The position numbers and the translations under genes are program-made. Positions 1-11,090 of a stretch of DNA of 64,000 nt are shown in pieces (positions within the stretch are counted from its first letter, which is position 1; each line of letters begins with the position of its first letter). Location: the NCBI GenBank assembly GCA_964016885.1, contig CAXHJY010001298.1, positions 29,263 through 93,262 of the forward strand. The letters are read 5' to 3'. The notes below the pieces were generated by a model. It worked only from the letters and a program-made list of their open reading frames with translations. It made no database searches and was not told the origin of the DNA. This DNA is from Eledone cirrhosa. Taxonomy: Eukaryota.

Positions 1-520
1 CCTAAACAACATGTGGCCTGCTACAAATGGTCCACTCGTGGTATTGAGGGTTGACGGGTGAATCATTGCAGTTTTGTTCTGGTTGTTCAAATAACCCTGA
101 AGCCAGATGTTCTGTGATCTGAAAAGTGAAAAAGATAATCCTGATTGAATTCACATTCCCAGAGGAAGAGTGTAGCTATCCCTTGGGCAGGGAGAAGAGA
201 TGCCAGGTGTGGCTATTTCTAGTTGAGGTGGGCTGCAAGGGATTCCTAGCTCAATCAGTATGGAGAATGTTCACTGCCATTGGAATGACCGGAAAAGAGA
301 AGGTAGCAGCTCACAGAATGGGGAGCAGGAGAGGAAATAAGCCTGAAACCACGAGGCGTAAATAAGCAGTGATTTTGTCGCTATTGCTGACCCACTAACA
401 AGAGGGTGTTGCGCCAACAAGGTCGAAACACCCAATGAACGTTGGACACTGTCCGATGACGTGACCTTTCTGGTTAAGGCTGTATTCACCGAAGGTGAAT
501 GAATATGAGGCATCTTGAAG
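1..520 (+). mobile_element. 3' fragment of a HERO/NeSL-like non-LTR retrotransposon (restriction-like endonuclease domain), degenerate
   Basis: Translation around 98-365 gives KPDV..KKIILIEFTFPEEE..WLFLVEVGCKGFLAQSVWRMF, matching the PD..ELTxPWEE..VEVGCRG pattern of RLE domains in HERO-type elements; stops and deletions present. Confidence 0.7.
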
Positions 521-1492
521 ATGTAATTATGCTGATCCTTATAGAAAGGGGAGCAACTCACATATTTCCATTAGAAAGGGAAGTAATAAAAAAAAAATCG
601 AAGACGTGAATTAAATAAATCGGTAAACTAAAAAAGAAGTTTGAATACATATAGTTTCAGGCAGTGTAGAACCCTGTCTCGCGCACACTCATATATGGGG
701 GAGTCTAAATATATATATCAGCATACATACACACACTCTAATACTTGTTTATAAATACACACACACATTTATATTACACGCACACGTGTTTCTAAACATT
801 CGCATAAACATGCATATACACACTAAGACATGTTTCATCATCATCATCATCATCGTTTAACGTCTATCTTCCATCCACGCTAGCATGGGTTAGACGGGAA
901 TTGTCCCATTTGAGGCAAGATTGATCGGATGACCGTGTCTCGCTCGTTTATAAATACTTGAAAATACACGGAACACATAAAACAGTCCATTATCTGGAAA
1001 GCTCTCTCCGCAGGTGAACGCGCTTACACAAGCATGTAAGCACACACACACACACACACTATATATATACCCTTTTTTCCTCACTCGCATGAAGTCGCAA
1101 AATCATATTCTTATGGGAAAAATTATGGGTTCTGTCTATAATACACGATGAGCTATACCTGTAATTCAAAGGGCCAGGCTTGTCATACAGTGAGCCAGCT
1201 ACCGCTACGTATGCAAATGAGCTTCATCAGCTCATATACACAAGCGAGAAATCTATAAGATTCTAGCTTATTTTTATCCCAGGAGAAGAAAGGTATACGT
1301 AACCTTGACAACCGCCAAAAAGCGAGAATCAACATTGTCGACTGCTTGCCTTTGCTTTTGCTGAGACTAAGGATGTGATCGTGGTCACAACCTTAAAAAT
1401 TCATAGCGAAAAGCTATGTTTTTCATGAAACATCTCGCATATTATTCGATATACAGCACGTATATACATGTGTATAACACTATATTGGAACA

Positions 1493-1528
<36 letters not shown>

Positions 1529-1531
<3 letters not shown>

Positions 1532-1840
1532 GGTGTGGGATGCTTAAAGCGTCCGTATGCGGTAGGCCGTTTGAGCACCCGATGCTCTTACAGAGCAGAG
1601 TATAATATCACATAAGAAACGGAGAATCAGTGGTGCGACTAATTAAAATTTATTAGACATACAATCGTTTCTCTGGCGACCAGCTTGAGGCACAATCGAT
1701 GCGAGGATAGAACCTGACTCTGAAATCTCAAGATCCTCAGATACGTCTCGATCTTTCGAAGCAGAGTTTCCAAATGGAAACTCTGCTTTTAATTTTAATT
1801 CGTCGCACCACTGATTCTCCGTTTATTATGTGATTATATA
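1529..1840 (-). mobile_element. PLE-like terminal-repeat unit with hammerhead and fold-back arm, between (TA)n tracts
   Basis: About 50-bp inverted arms 1601-1650 / 1791-1840; HHR core on minus strand at 1655-1748, followed by AATAAA; about 70-nt unique tail 1529-1600 abutting (TA)n. Confidence 0.6.
1655..1748 (-). ncRNA. Type I hammerhead ribozyme motif with expanded stem II loop (degenerate stem I)
   Basis: Minus strand reads CTGAGGA-tct-(about 55 nt)-aga-GAAA-cgattg-TA. Confidence 0.55.
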
Positions 1841-1842
1841 TA

Positions 1843-1985
1843 TATAAGAACAAAATAAGGTTTCGCGTTGAGGTTTTATTTTTTAGGCTCAGTTTTGAAC
1901 GCTTCACCTATCTGTGAGTGAAACGTTCGTAACTGAGCCGAATCAATAAAAATATCAATGTGAGACCTCATTTTGTTCTTTATAT
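1843..1985. repeat. Old imperfect palindrome (about 65-bp arms) between TA runs, probable decayed fold-back PLE end
   Basis: aagaacaaaataaggtttc..ggctcagttttgaacgcttcac is the diverged reverse complement of gtgaaacgttcgtaactgagcc..cctcattttgttctt. Confidence 0.6.
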
Positions 1986-2447
1986 ATCTAATCTAATCTG
2001 GCCGAGTAAATAAGAACCAGGGCCGCCCCTAGTAGCATTGGATTTGGTGTACTTCATATTTGTTTCGGTTGCTGAATATAACCAGGGATCGCTGCTTCTC
2101 CTGAAGGTCAATAGTTCTCTTCTAACTCGAGCGGGAGCGCCTTTCAATTGTCAATTTACATTGATCATCTGCAAAGCCACATTGTTCTCAGAACCACTAA
2201 ACCAGTCTTTTGATGCGTGCAGCTGGAACTACTGCCATCCATTGTTTTGGCAGGATTTCTATTTTAGATGGCCGTTGACACTTTGTCAGGTTTTGTTTTT
2301 TCTCCTGCAGGGTGTCCAAAATCACCCTCCCTACCAAGTAAACTTGGTGGAACTACCGGTTTAGTCGCCGACAACCCAACCATATATACACTCTGCTATA
2401 GCATAGATTGGTACCTTCCTCAGTAAACTATGAATCTAATGAATTAC

Positions 2448-2502
<55 letters not shown>

Positions 2503-2782
2503 AAAATTAAGATAAATCAAAATGAATTTAATCTAAATCAAAATTATGGGTGTCATGCCAGAAAGACATGCGCCATATCACCCGCAAAATAAGCTCTAAA
2601 ATTCTAACGAATAGGTCCGAGCATTTTATAATAACTAGAAATTGATTAACATATAAATAAACATGAATAATCACAGGAGATAATTTTTACAAGTGTGTAA
2701 GCACACATAGCTCGGTATGTAACTAAATAAAGTTAACCAGAACTTCAAAAATAGATAACTTATATATAGATATATATATATA

Positions 2783-2975
2783 AAATTGTTTCTACTTTTG
2801 GCACAAGGCCAGCAATAACCCAGTGTATTACTGGTACTTTATTTTATCGACCCCGTAAGGATGAAAGGCAAAGTTAACCTCGGCGGGATTTGAACTCAGT
2901 CCGTAAAGGGACGTAACTATATATTGTTCTACTTTTGGCACAAGGCCAGCAAATATTATCGACCCCGTAAGGATA
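2783..2975 (-). mobile_element. Two truncated copies of the tRNA-derived Nin-type SINE
   Basis: Same sequence as the 4521-4702 copy (tttggcacaaggccagcaat..ttatcgaccccgtaaggatgaaaggc..gggatttgaactcag). Confidence 0.8.
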
Positions 2976-3102
2976 ATGTTGAGAAGTGACACACGAGTTG
3001 ATATATATATATTACGAAAATAAGAAAAAAGTAGAAAATGCTAATAGAATTTTCTCATAAAAAACAGAAAATCATTTTTTTAAAAAACAATTTTTAGTAT
3101 CG

Positions 3103-3134
3103 GTTTCAGTCAATAAAAATTTCGACTTCTACAG
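3103..3134 (-). ncRNA. Degenerate minimal hammerhead in a PLE terminal-repeat remnant
   Basis: Minus strand CTGTAGA-AGTC-gaaatttttatt-GACT-GAAAC; stem II intact, core A6 mutated to T. Confidence 0.4.
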
Positions 3135-3274
3135 GAAACATGATAAAAAGTATATAATAAAGTTAAGGTGTATATTAATTAGAAGAGGATAATAGAGAAC
3201 ATAGTTTACATATATATAACAGTTCTGCCTTAGGCATTTAAACTCGGTGGAGCCCATTCCCCACTAGATTTGAA

Positions 3275-3364
3275 GGGAGAGAGTGTGTGTGTGTGTGAGA
3301 GAGAGAGAGTGTGTGAGAGGGAGAGTGTGTGTGTGTGAGAGAGAGAGACAGAGTGTGTGAGAGG

Positions 3365-3395
<31 letters not shown>

Positions 3396-3495
3396 TGTGT
3401 GAGAGGGAGAGTGTGTGTGTGAGAGAGACTGAGAGAGAGTGTGTGTGTATGTGTGTGAGAGACTGAGAGTGTGTGTGTGTGTGTATATGAGAGAG

Positions 3496-3539
<44 letters not shown>

Positions 3540-3552
3540 TGTGTGAGAGAGA
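3275..3552. repeat. Compound (GA)n/(GT)n microsatellite
   Basis: Seen directly. Confidence 0.95.
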
Positions 3553-4327
3553 TTCTATCCCAGCATTAGACAAGTACTTATATTTATCGATTTCAAAAGG
3601 ATGAAAAACAAAGCTGATATCGGTGGGATTTGAAATGAGAGCGCAGAAAGCCAAATACTCCACTGTAAATAATTCTATCCTGCGTTCTAACGATTCTGCA
3701 AATTCACCAACTTCTTCAGTAACATCTGACCAAAAATAGAGGAATGTCGTCCTTACGAAACAACGGTCTGGAAGTTTACTCGGTTTATAATACCAAGTTT
3801 AGCATTCAACGTATACTTTTGATGAATAACTTTCTCGACCGAATAACGTCGTGACACTATTGCTTTATTAAACATGAAATAAATACTTGTGTGGTTCTAC
3901 ACAACAATAACCTCAGAAATTGAATAATATCTTACATTCTTGACATTTTCTTTTTCTCTGCTATTTACATTGCTTTAACATAATGTAGTTCATTTTTTTG
4001 TTTGTTTTAAACAGAAAAATATGACCGATTTGTTTAGTAAATCTTTATTGAATTTATCTAATCAATATCCTGGCTTTTTGTTCCATCTTTCTATACTATA
4101 TATTGTACTAATTTAGAACCATTGTTTTTATTTAATCTATTCGTACTTTATAGTACTAATGCAGAGTTTGTCGTTAATCTAGAAAACTATATTGTGTCGT
4201 ATTTTTGAATAACTACGATATTCCCGAGCCAACCAAACTATCCTGTGTAAATTCAATTACTATACACACTGGATATATATTTTCTTCTTAAGGCAATGTT
4301 CTAAATGGCTATATCTTGTCAATATAT

Positions 4328-4513
4328 AATTGTTTCTACTTTTGGCACAAGGCCAGCAATTATCGCAGTGCATTACTGGTACTTTATTTTATCGACGCCG
4401 TGAGGCAAAGTTAACCTCGACGGGATTTGAACTCAGATTCAGATCGTAAAGGGACGTAACTATGCTAGAAAGCATGGCGTGCGACCCTCTACCGTTACTA
4501 CCAATCCACCACC
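4328..4513 (-). mobile_element. tRNA-derived SINE (Nin-domain type)
   Basis: Minus strand has A-box-like TGGTAGTAACGGT, B-box GTTCAAATCC, then a GTCGATAAAATAAAGTACCAG core. Confidence 0.8.
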
Positions 4514-4520
4514 AATATAC

Positions 4521-4702
4521 AATTGTTTCTACTTTTTGGCACAAGACTAGTAATTACCCAGTACATTACTGGTACTTTATTTTATCGACCCCGTAAGGAT
4601 GAAAGGCAAAGTTGACCTCGGCGGGATTTGAACTCAGAATGGAAAGAGCCGTAACTCTATGCGTCAAAGCATGACGTCCGACCCTCTACCGATACTGCCA
4701 AT
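4521..4702 (-). mobile_element. tRNA-derived SINE (Nin-domain type), full length, tandem to previous copy
   Basis: A-box TGGCAGTATCGGT, B-box GTTCAAATCC, central GCCTTTCATCCTTACGGGGTCGATAAAAT..AGTACCAG resembling the Nin/Deu domain, tail ending GTAGAAACAATT. Confidence 0.85.
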
Positions 4703-4929
4703 GATTGTACTGTTATACAGAGTCGGCACCTGGGTATTTAGCACCATCGGCTACCCCTACAATGTGAACCCCCTTCTCTCAGTTATGCGCCCAATTCTCC
4801 CAAATGAAATAATTTTGATTTACAGTTTGGTAAATTAACAAACCTAGCTTTTGACACTTCTTGCTCTGACCACACTAACAAAATTACTAAGTCAACATTT
4901 TCACTACACAGTCTACAGTTACCCACGGC

Positions 4930-5109
4930 CAATGCCGGATTTACCATTATCCTTAGGTGTGCTTAAGCACAGGACCCCGTTGGACGTGGGGTGGGGGAGG
5001 GATGGGGCACATCTTCCTGCTCCAAAAAGTTTTACGATGAATTTTTCAAATGTTTGGGGCCTCAAGATTTAACTAGTTCAGGGCCTCATGTGTCCTAAAA
5101 TCGACACTG
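4930..5109. mobile_element. hAT-like MITE, diverged
   Basis: Imperfect TIRs CAATGCCGGATTTA / TAAAATCGACACTG; flanking 8-mers CCCACGGC and ACCACGCC resemble a decayed 8-bp TSD. Confidence 0.5.
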
Positions 5110-5443
5110 ACCACGCCAAATCATGTGACAGGTTATAACAACACACGGCCCTATCCAACGTTTTGGATATTTCCACAACGCTTTTACGCGGCAAAAATAT
5201 TTAGCGATTTCTCTTTTGATCACAGGAAATTATTATTTATCTAATTTTGTTTAAAATTGCGATCCTTTAAGTTCAGTAATGCACCTCTTTGAAGCCTGGG
5301 GTCTAGACAGCTGCCTAGTTGGCCTTAATGGTAGCGCTGGTCCCGCTTGTACATAGAATAAATAATGCTGAAACCAACATGATGTGTACTCCAACTCCCG
5401 ATCTAAAGGACAAGATCAAAAGGTTTTAGTTTTATTAAACGTA

Positions 5444-5655
5444 ACCTAATACTAAACCAGACTTAATACCAAACCAGACCTACTACCAAACCAGACCTAC
5501 TACTAAACCAGACCTAATACTAAACCAGACCTAATACCAAACCAGACCTAATACTAAACCAAACCTAATACTAAACCAGACCTAATACCAAACCAGACCT
5601 AATACTAAACCAGACCTAATACTAAACTAGACCTACTAACTACTAAACTAGACTT
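5444..5655. repeat. 17-bp minisatellite (TAATACTAAACCAGACC), about 12 copies
   Basis: Seen directly. Confidence 0.9.
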
Positions 5656-5679
5656 CGGAATCCAGATCTAATATACAAA

Positions 5680-5862
5680 ATACTTTTCAGTATTTGTTCC
5701 ATCTCTCTATATTCTGAGTTTAAATCTTGTCGAGGTTAACTTCACCTTGCATCTTTCTTGGGTTGATCAAATAAAGTAGCAGCCAAGTACTGGAGTCGAT
5801 TTAATCCACTTACCCCTCCTCTCTAAATTGTTGGCCATGCGTTTAAACCTAGAAACCGTTAT
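5680..5862 (+). mobile_element. Older diverged SINE of the same superfamily
   Basis: ttctgagtttaaatc..gaggttaacttcaccttgcatc..gatcaaataaagtagcag..ctagaaaccgttatt aligns with the SINE consensus on the plus strand. Confidence 0.65.
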
Positions 5863-5966
5863 TTCAGTAGAGACATTGATATAATGAAGAAGAGTGAAAG
5901 CATCTTATTGTGTACACTACAGAGTATTAAGTACAGTTTTTGCCGACTGTACCACTTTTATCACAT

Positions 5967-6145
5967 AATTGTTTCTACTTTTGGCACAAGGCGAGCAATT
6001 ACCCAGTGCATTACTGGTACTTTATTTTATCGACCCCGTAAGGATGAAAGGCAAAGTTAACCTCGGCCGGATTTGAACTCAGAATGGCAACGGCCATAAC
6101 TCTATGCTAGAAAGCATGGCGTCCGACCCTCTGCCGATACTGCCA
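5967..6145 (-). mobile_element. tRNA-derived SINE (Nin-domain type), full length
   Basis: Highly similar to 4521-4702. Confidence 0.85.
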
Positions 6146-6789
6146 ACATAATGAGCAATAGCAGTGTTTTGACTTAGCACAAGACCAGCATTTTCAGCTG
6201 AAGCTGTTTTTATGGCCCGCACTTACGTAGGTTTTGTCGGCCTCCTCTGAGGTAGCTTCTCAGAAGGTAATTTAAGTGTTTTAATGATAGGCCCTCCAGT
6301 CATTTTTCTGGTGACAGGGGGTGGGATTTCAACCCAGAACGTGTAGAGCCGAAAAGAATACTGCAAAGTATCTTGCCCAACATCCTAACAATTCTGCCAA
6401 TCAATCACCCATTGATGGATACTTTATCGACTCTGAAAGAGTGAATGTCATAATTAATTTCGGTGTGATTTCAATTCAACAGAAAGTCGGATTAAATGCA
6501 TTTAATCTGACGCTTTAGTAACTCGGCCAATTTGCCGCCTTTGTAGTGGCGGGGAACTTATAATAGTTATGTCTATGTAAACATACATTATATGGGGGCA
6601 ATGTTTAATTATGTCTACGTACGTACAATGTAAGACAGCAAATTAGCAGAGTTGTTAGAGCGTTGGATGGCGTAATGTTACTCCAATGTGATTGCGTTTT
6701 TCATAGGGGGGGGGGGGGGAGTTGATGAGGGGGCACCGAATTGAACTATTCGCTGCTGTTTGGCTGCGAGCCAAAACGGAGGCAGGCGA

Positions 6790-7400
6790 GACCAATGAAG
6801 ACTCGAGCCGCATTTCGAGTTGACCTGCATTTCATGTCACCCCAGTTGGTATTTTGCATAATAGGGAACAGTGAGGCCATTACAAACCCCAATAATTAGA
6901 GCTGGCTCGAGCTTCCGATCTATATTTGGTTCTGACGTCTTGCAGAGAAACTCGCTGATGAATGAGCGACTGAAGATGATAGTTGATAGATAGCAAGTAG
7001 GTCAGCAGTGCACGGAAACCTAGGCTACCGAACCTCAAGAGGAGTTTCACTTGTTGCCATCTGGTGGCGTCGACATTAAGGAAGCAGGTGAGTTCATTGC
7101 AGTGATAGATGATGGCGTCAAGTTTCGTGAGGTGTCCCGTCTGAGGATGATAAGACGCACCGTGCAGCGTGAAGGGGTGTTTGTGGAGGGCAAAGCAGTT
7201 CCTCAGGAGGATGAGCGCAGTATACGCATCGATGCAGCGCAGTATGTCTATCGTTAGGTCAGCTTGTCTGGCCGCCAAGTACTTTCGTATGGCTTTCGAG
7301 GGAATTGGACAGCCGAAGATGCAGGCAGCGTCCCACGGAATTAGAAGTAACCTAGTCAGAATGGATTGAATGTTCAATAAGACGCCGAGTTTTGCCGTGA
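6790..7400 (-). mobile_element. CRE-like non-LTR retrotransposon fragment (post-RT region), degenerate
   Basis: ORF 6880-7377 gives FGCPI..AYTALILLRNCFALHK..WQQVKLLLRFGSLGFR, resembling the LLRxxxxxPK..WxQAxLPxRxGGLGxR pattern of CRE-clade RTs. Confidence 0.55.
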
Positions 7401-7599
7401 CTCACATTTATCAATATCGTGTCTGAGATAGGGCTGGGATGATTTTCTGAAGATCAAACTATAATTGAAGCAATTAAAGAGGTTTAACAATTCCAGACTT
7501 AATTTCCTCCTGTTATGTAATCAGAAACAGAATTTGATTGTATTCCAAGTTGATTCCTTGATTTTCTGGTTTGCCAAGATGATAGAATGATAATTATTT

Positions 7600-7659
<60 letters not shown>

Positions 7660-8130
7660 TCACACATACTCACACACATACTCACTCACACAGACACACA
7701 CACACACATACACATACACACACATACTCACACACACACAGACACACACACAAGCAGACAGACAGACACACACACACATTCCAGGTTGAACTTAGAAGCA
7801 AAAAGAAATAAAAAACAAATAAACTAAGAAAGAATATGTAAACAAGAAGTGTTTATTTCTGTTGTAAAGAATTCTAATTATTGTTGTAAGTAAACTAATT
7901 GTGAAAGTAATAGAAATATTTTTATGATGCAGTTTATAGTGTGTGTGTGTATATATATAAGTGTGTGTCTATATATAAGTGTGTGTGTGTGTGCGTGTGT
8001 GTGTGTGTATGTGTCTATATATAAGTGTGTGTATGTATGTATGTGTGTGTGTTTGTATGTATATGTGTGTCTATATATAAGTGTGTGTGTGTATGTATGT
8101 GTGTGTGTGTATGTGTGTGTGTCTATATAT

Positions 8131-8178
<48 letters not shown>

Positions 8179-8205
8179 GTGTATGTATGTATGTGTGTGT
8201 GTGTC
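7600..8205. repeat. (CA)n tract (7600-7778) and (GT)n/(TA)n compound tract (7938-8205)
   Basis: Seen directly. Confidence 0.9.
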
Positions 8206-8399
8206 TATAAAAACAATCCCACCCTTATCCACGACATTGCACTGTCCAGGGCTGACAAGAAAGTCAGATGCTTTTGTGTTTATCCCACGTGTTTGCAGCT
8301 TTCTGTGCAAGTTTGCCATCTTTCTCCCCCCCTCTCTCTCTCTCTCTCTCTCCCCCCTCTCTCTCTCATATATATATATATACACACACATACATATAC

Positions 8400-8605
8400 A
8401 TGAATGGACCTCTTATTTTTATCTAAAGACATTTTTTCCAATTCCAACCCGCCCGTCCACTCAATCTATTTTATTTCTCATTCTTTCTTCTGATGAAGGA
8501 CTAGAATCCGAAACGTTAAGACCCTCTTCCTGCTATATCAAGCGTTAACCTAATATATTCCTTCCATATACTGTACCGATTGTGTTGTTATTTCTGTTTA
8601 CCTTT

Positions 8606-8608
<3 letters not shown>
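8400..8608 (+). mobile_element. About 205-bp hammerhead-containing PLE terminal-repeat-like element ending in (TA)n
   Basis: TCTT-CTGATGA-aGGA-ctagaa-TCC-GAAA-CG-TT-AAGA at about 8486-8521; a second copy lies at 55681-55891 on the minus strand. Confidence 0.75.
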
Positions 8609-8682
<74 letters not shown>

Positions 8683-8691
8683 TCTGTTTAC

Positions 8692-8738
<47 letters not shown>

Positions 8739-8740
8739 AT

Positions 8741-8910
8741 AATTGTTTCTACTTTAGGCACAAGGCCAGCAATTACCCAGTGCATTACTGGTACTTTATT
8801 TTATCGACTCCGTAAGGATGAAAGGCAAAGTTAACCTCGGCGGGATTTGAACTCAGATCGTAAAGGGACGTAACTATGAGGGAAAGCATGGCGTCCGACC
8901 CTCTACCGAT
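8741..8910 (-). mobile_element. tRNA-derived SINE (Nin-domain type)
   Basis: Highly similar to 4521-4702. Confidence 0.85.
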
Positions 8911-9853
8911 AATGAAATGACAGGAGGCTGGATTTGTTTAAATCCTTGAAAGGTTTATTATACTATGATCATTTCAATGACCGGGTTCCGTATGAATCCG
9001 GTGATATCATCAGGTATTCGAAATATAATACGTGAATGTAATAGATAAAATCCATGGGGCTGAAAATCGAGGACCCGAGGGCGACCGCTATCCTGGTCCT
9101 TCAACCTCACCCGGTCGCCCTCGAGTGACGTGGCTAAAGTTTACAGTGTGATACTACCGGTCAGATAAACGAAAACAGAAAGGGATGGGAACATAAGTTA
9201 GCGTCAATCTCATGCCACAAGATAAAAGAAAGAAAGAAAGGAAGGAAGGAGAGAGAAGAAGGGGGAAGGAAGAAGAAGAGAAGCCAGGGTTAATGTCCGC
9301 TATAAGAAGAAAGACAACTACTACCGGTCAGATATAGGCAAACAAAAGGGGAAGGAAGATAAGTCTGCGGGAGGAAGACAGGAAGAGGGGAGAAGAGAAG
9401 GAAGAGAAGAGAAGAGAAGGAAGAGAAGGGAGAAGTAGAAAAGTAAGGGTTGATGGCTACAAGAAGGAAGATAGAAAGAAAGAGGAAGAAAGGTCGATAT
9501 TAATGTCAGACCACAGTCAGGCCAGGAGTGGTGCGAGAAAATTTTCACAGGGACCCGCATCTTAGCAGAGATGAATATATTGGGGGTCAGTGTGTTACAA
9601 TGTTTAGACTTATAGGATGAAGTTAAAAAATTAATAATCAATATTCAATATTAAAGAGGTTAGAAAATTTAAAGTTAAACAGTTTAACATTTTCAGGTTG
9701 ATATATCTAATAGTTCCGATTTGATCTGTAATTTAAAGGTACTATGTGGCGGTTAAAAGACCGGCCGCGCCCCGGGCCCAAGGCGAATTAAGCTACGCCG
9801 AGTATTTTCATTTACCGAAAGAAGGGGAAATTTATTTTTACAAGCACTCCAGG
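8911..9853 (-). mobile_element. Non-coding PLE-like element with degenerate hammerhead near its 3' end
   Basis: Minus strand CTGATGA-TAT..ATA-cggaac-ccggtc at 8976-9018, then AATAAA; pyrimidine-rich body; other end abuts a TA tract. Confidence 0.45.
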
Positions 9854-9991
9854 TATATATATATATATATATGTAAATATATATTTAGCCTGATAGTGGG
9901 ATTTAGAACCCTCTGAGAAATGGAAAAATACAGCGAGAGGCTCTATTTCTAATTTCAAGCTCGTTCGCTGTTTCAAAAGTATACTTACTTG

Positions 9992-10048
<57 letters not shown>

Positions 10049-10053
<5 letters not shown>

Positions 10054-10452
10054 AAGATGAATATAAAATGAAAGTGCTTTTATAAAGGAATTTATTAGGC
10101 ATTGACATATGTTTCTGTAACAGACGGAATACCTATGTATCGCTGCTTGCGTAATCATATAATGTTAGCAAGTATTCGATAGCAAATTTGATTATACAAA
10201 AGTGATTATACATTTGCTATCGAATACTTGCTAACATTATATGATTACGCAAGGAGCGATACATAGGTATTCCGTCTGTTACAGAAACATATGTCAATGC
10301 CTAATAAATTCCTTTATAAAAGCACTTTCATTTTATATTCATCTTTTCTACATTTTCTCCGGAATATAATTTATACTCGTTGAGCAAACCTACACGTGCG
10401 CTGTTCATCTCTAACGTGACGATATTTTATCACTACATTATTGATAACTTGA

Positions 10453-10458
<6 letters not shown>
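10049..10458 (+). mobile_element. Fold-back PLE-like unit: 139-bp inverted arms plus about 108-nt tail, between (TA)n tracts
   Basis: Arms 10049-10187 / 10212-10350 with one mismatch seen; 3' half of an HHR (GAAA-CATATG-TC at 10284-10295) followed by AATAAA. Confidence 0.75.
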
Positions 10459-10515
<57 letters not shown>

Positions 10516-10520
<5 letters not shown>

Positions 10521-10699
10521 AAGTATGACCCCGACGGCAGAGCTCAAGCTGTTTCGACGGCTATTTCTGGACTAAATTAGAATTTTTAGCCTGGTGAATC
10601 ACCAGGGTCATACTTTTTGCTATTTCCCACTCTACTACCTTAAGTATTGAGTACTCTGGTGTGTTATGGTCCATCTGGTTCCTTACCACAATTCTTTTG

Positions 10700-10701
<2 letters not shown>
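10516..10701 (+). mobile_element. Short fold-back copy of the 46171-47896 family
   Basis: 10527-10596 matches 46185-46252; tail cccactctactaccttaagtattgagtactctggtg matches 47821 onward; (TA)n on both sides. Confidence 0.8.
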
Positions 10702-10783
<82 letters not shown>

Positions 10784-10831
10784 TAAAAGGGAATAAAAGA
10801 ATCATTATTGCATCATTTACATATTTAATTG

Positions 10832-10921
10832 CATATTACGTATGTTTCGCTGCCGATCAGCTCGAGGAACAATCGATTAATGTTCTATCTTGCCTCTGGA
10901 ATCGGAAGCTCCTCAGATATG
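10832..10921 (-). ncRNA. Type I hammerhead ribozyme with extended stem II
   Basis: Stem I CATAT/ATATG, core CTGAGGA, stem II GCTtCCGAT/ATCGGcAGC around a loop of about 40 nt, GAAA, short stem III, GTA cleavage triplet. Confidence 0.7.
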
Positions 10922-11090
10922 TGCTCTCACGCGTAGACACGCGTCTAAGTGTTTACATGCTGTCAAAATGGTTGACAGAGAGACCCTCCTTCTTCCAGTC
11001 AGTTCCATGAGCCAACACACTTCTCCTTGTCCTGCTCCTCTTTCAATATTTTCCATATTTCATCTGTCACCCATCTCGTGGAATGCCTCT

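Noticed and set aside
2018-2400. Possible host exon (ORF 2038-2364)
   Set aside because: No recognisable domain or convincing splice context; cannot be supported by eye.
4521-4702. SINE heads as tRNA genes
   Set aside because: A and B boxes are present but there is no cloverleaf, and each is followed by a shared SINE body.
7587-8834. HT-, CV- and YI-rich ORFs here and at 3238, 47756-48681, 55950, 60914 and 62614
   Set aside because: Dinucleotide microsatellite translations.
9888-9925. Possible hammerhead (CTGATAG..GGG..CCC..GAAA)
   Set aside because: Core and stems I and III do not fit; at best a decayed remnant.
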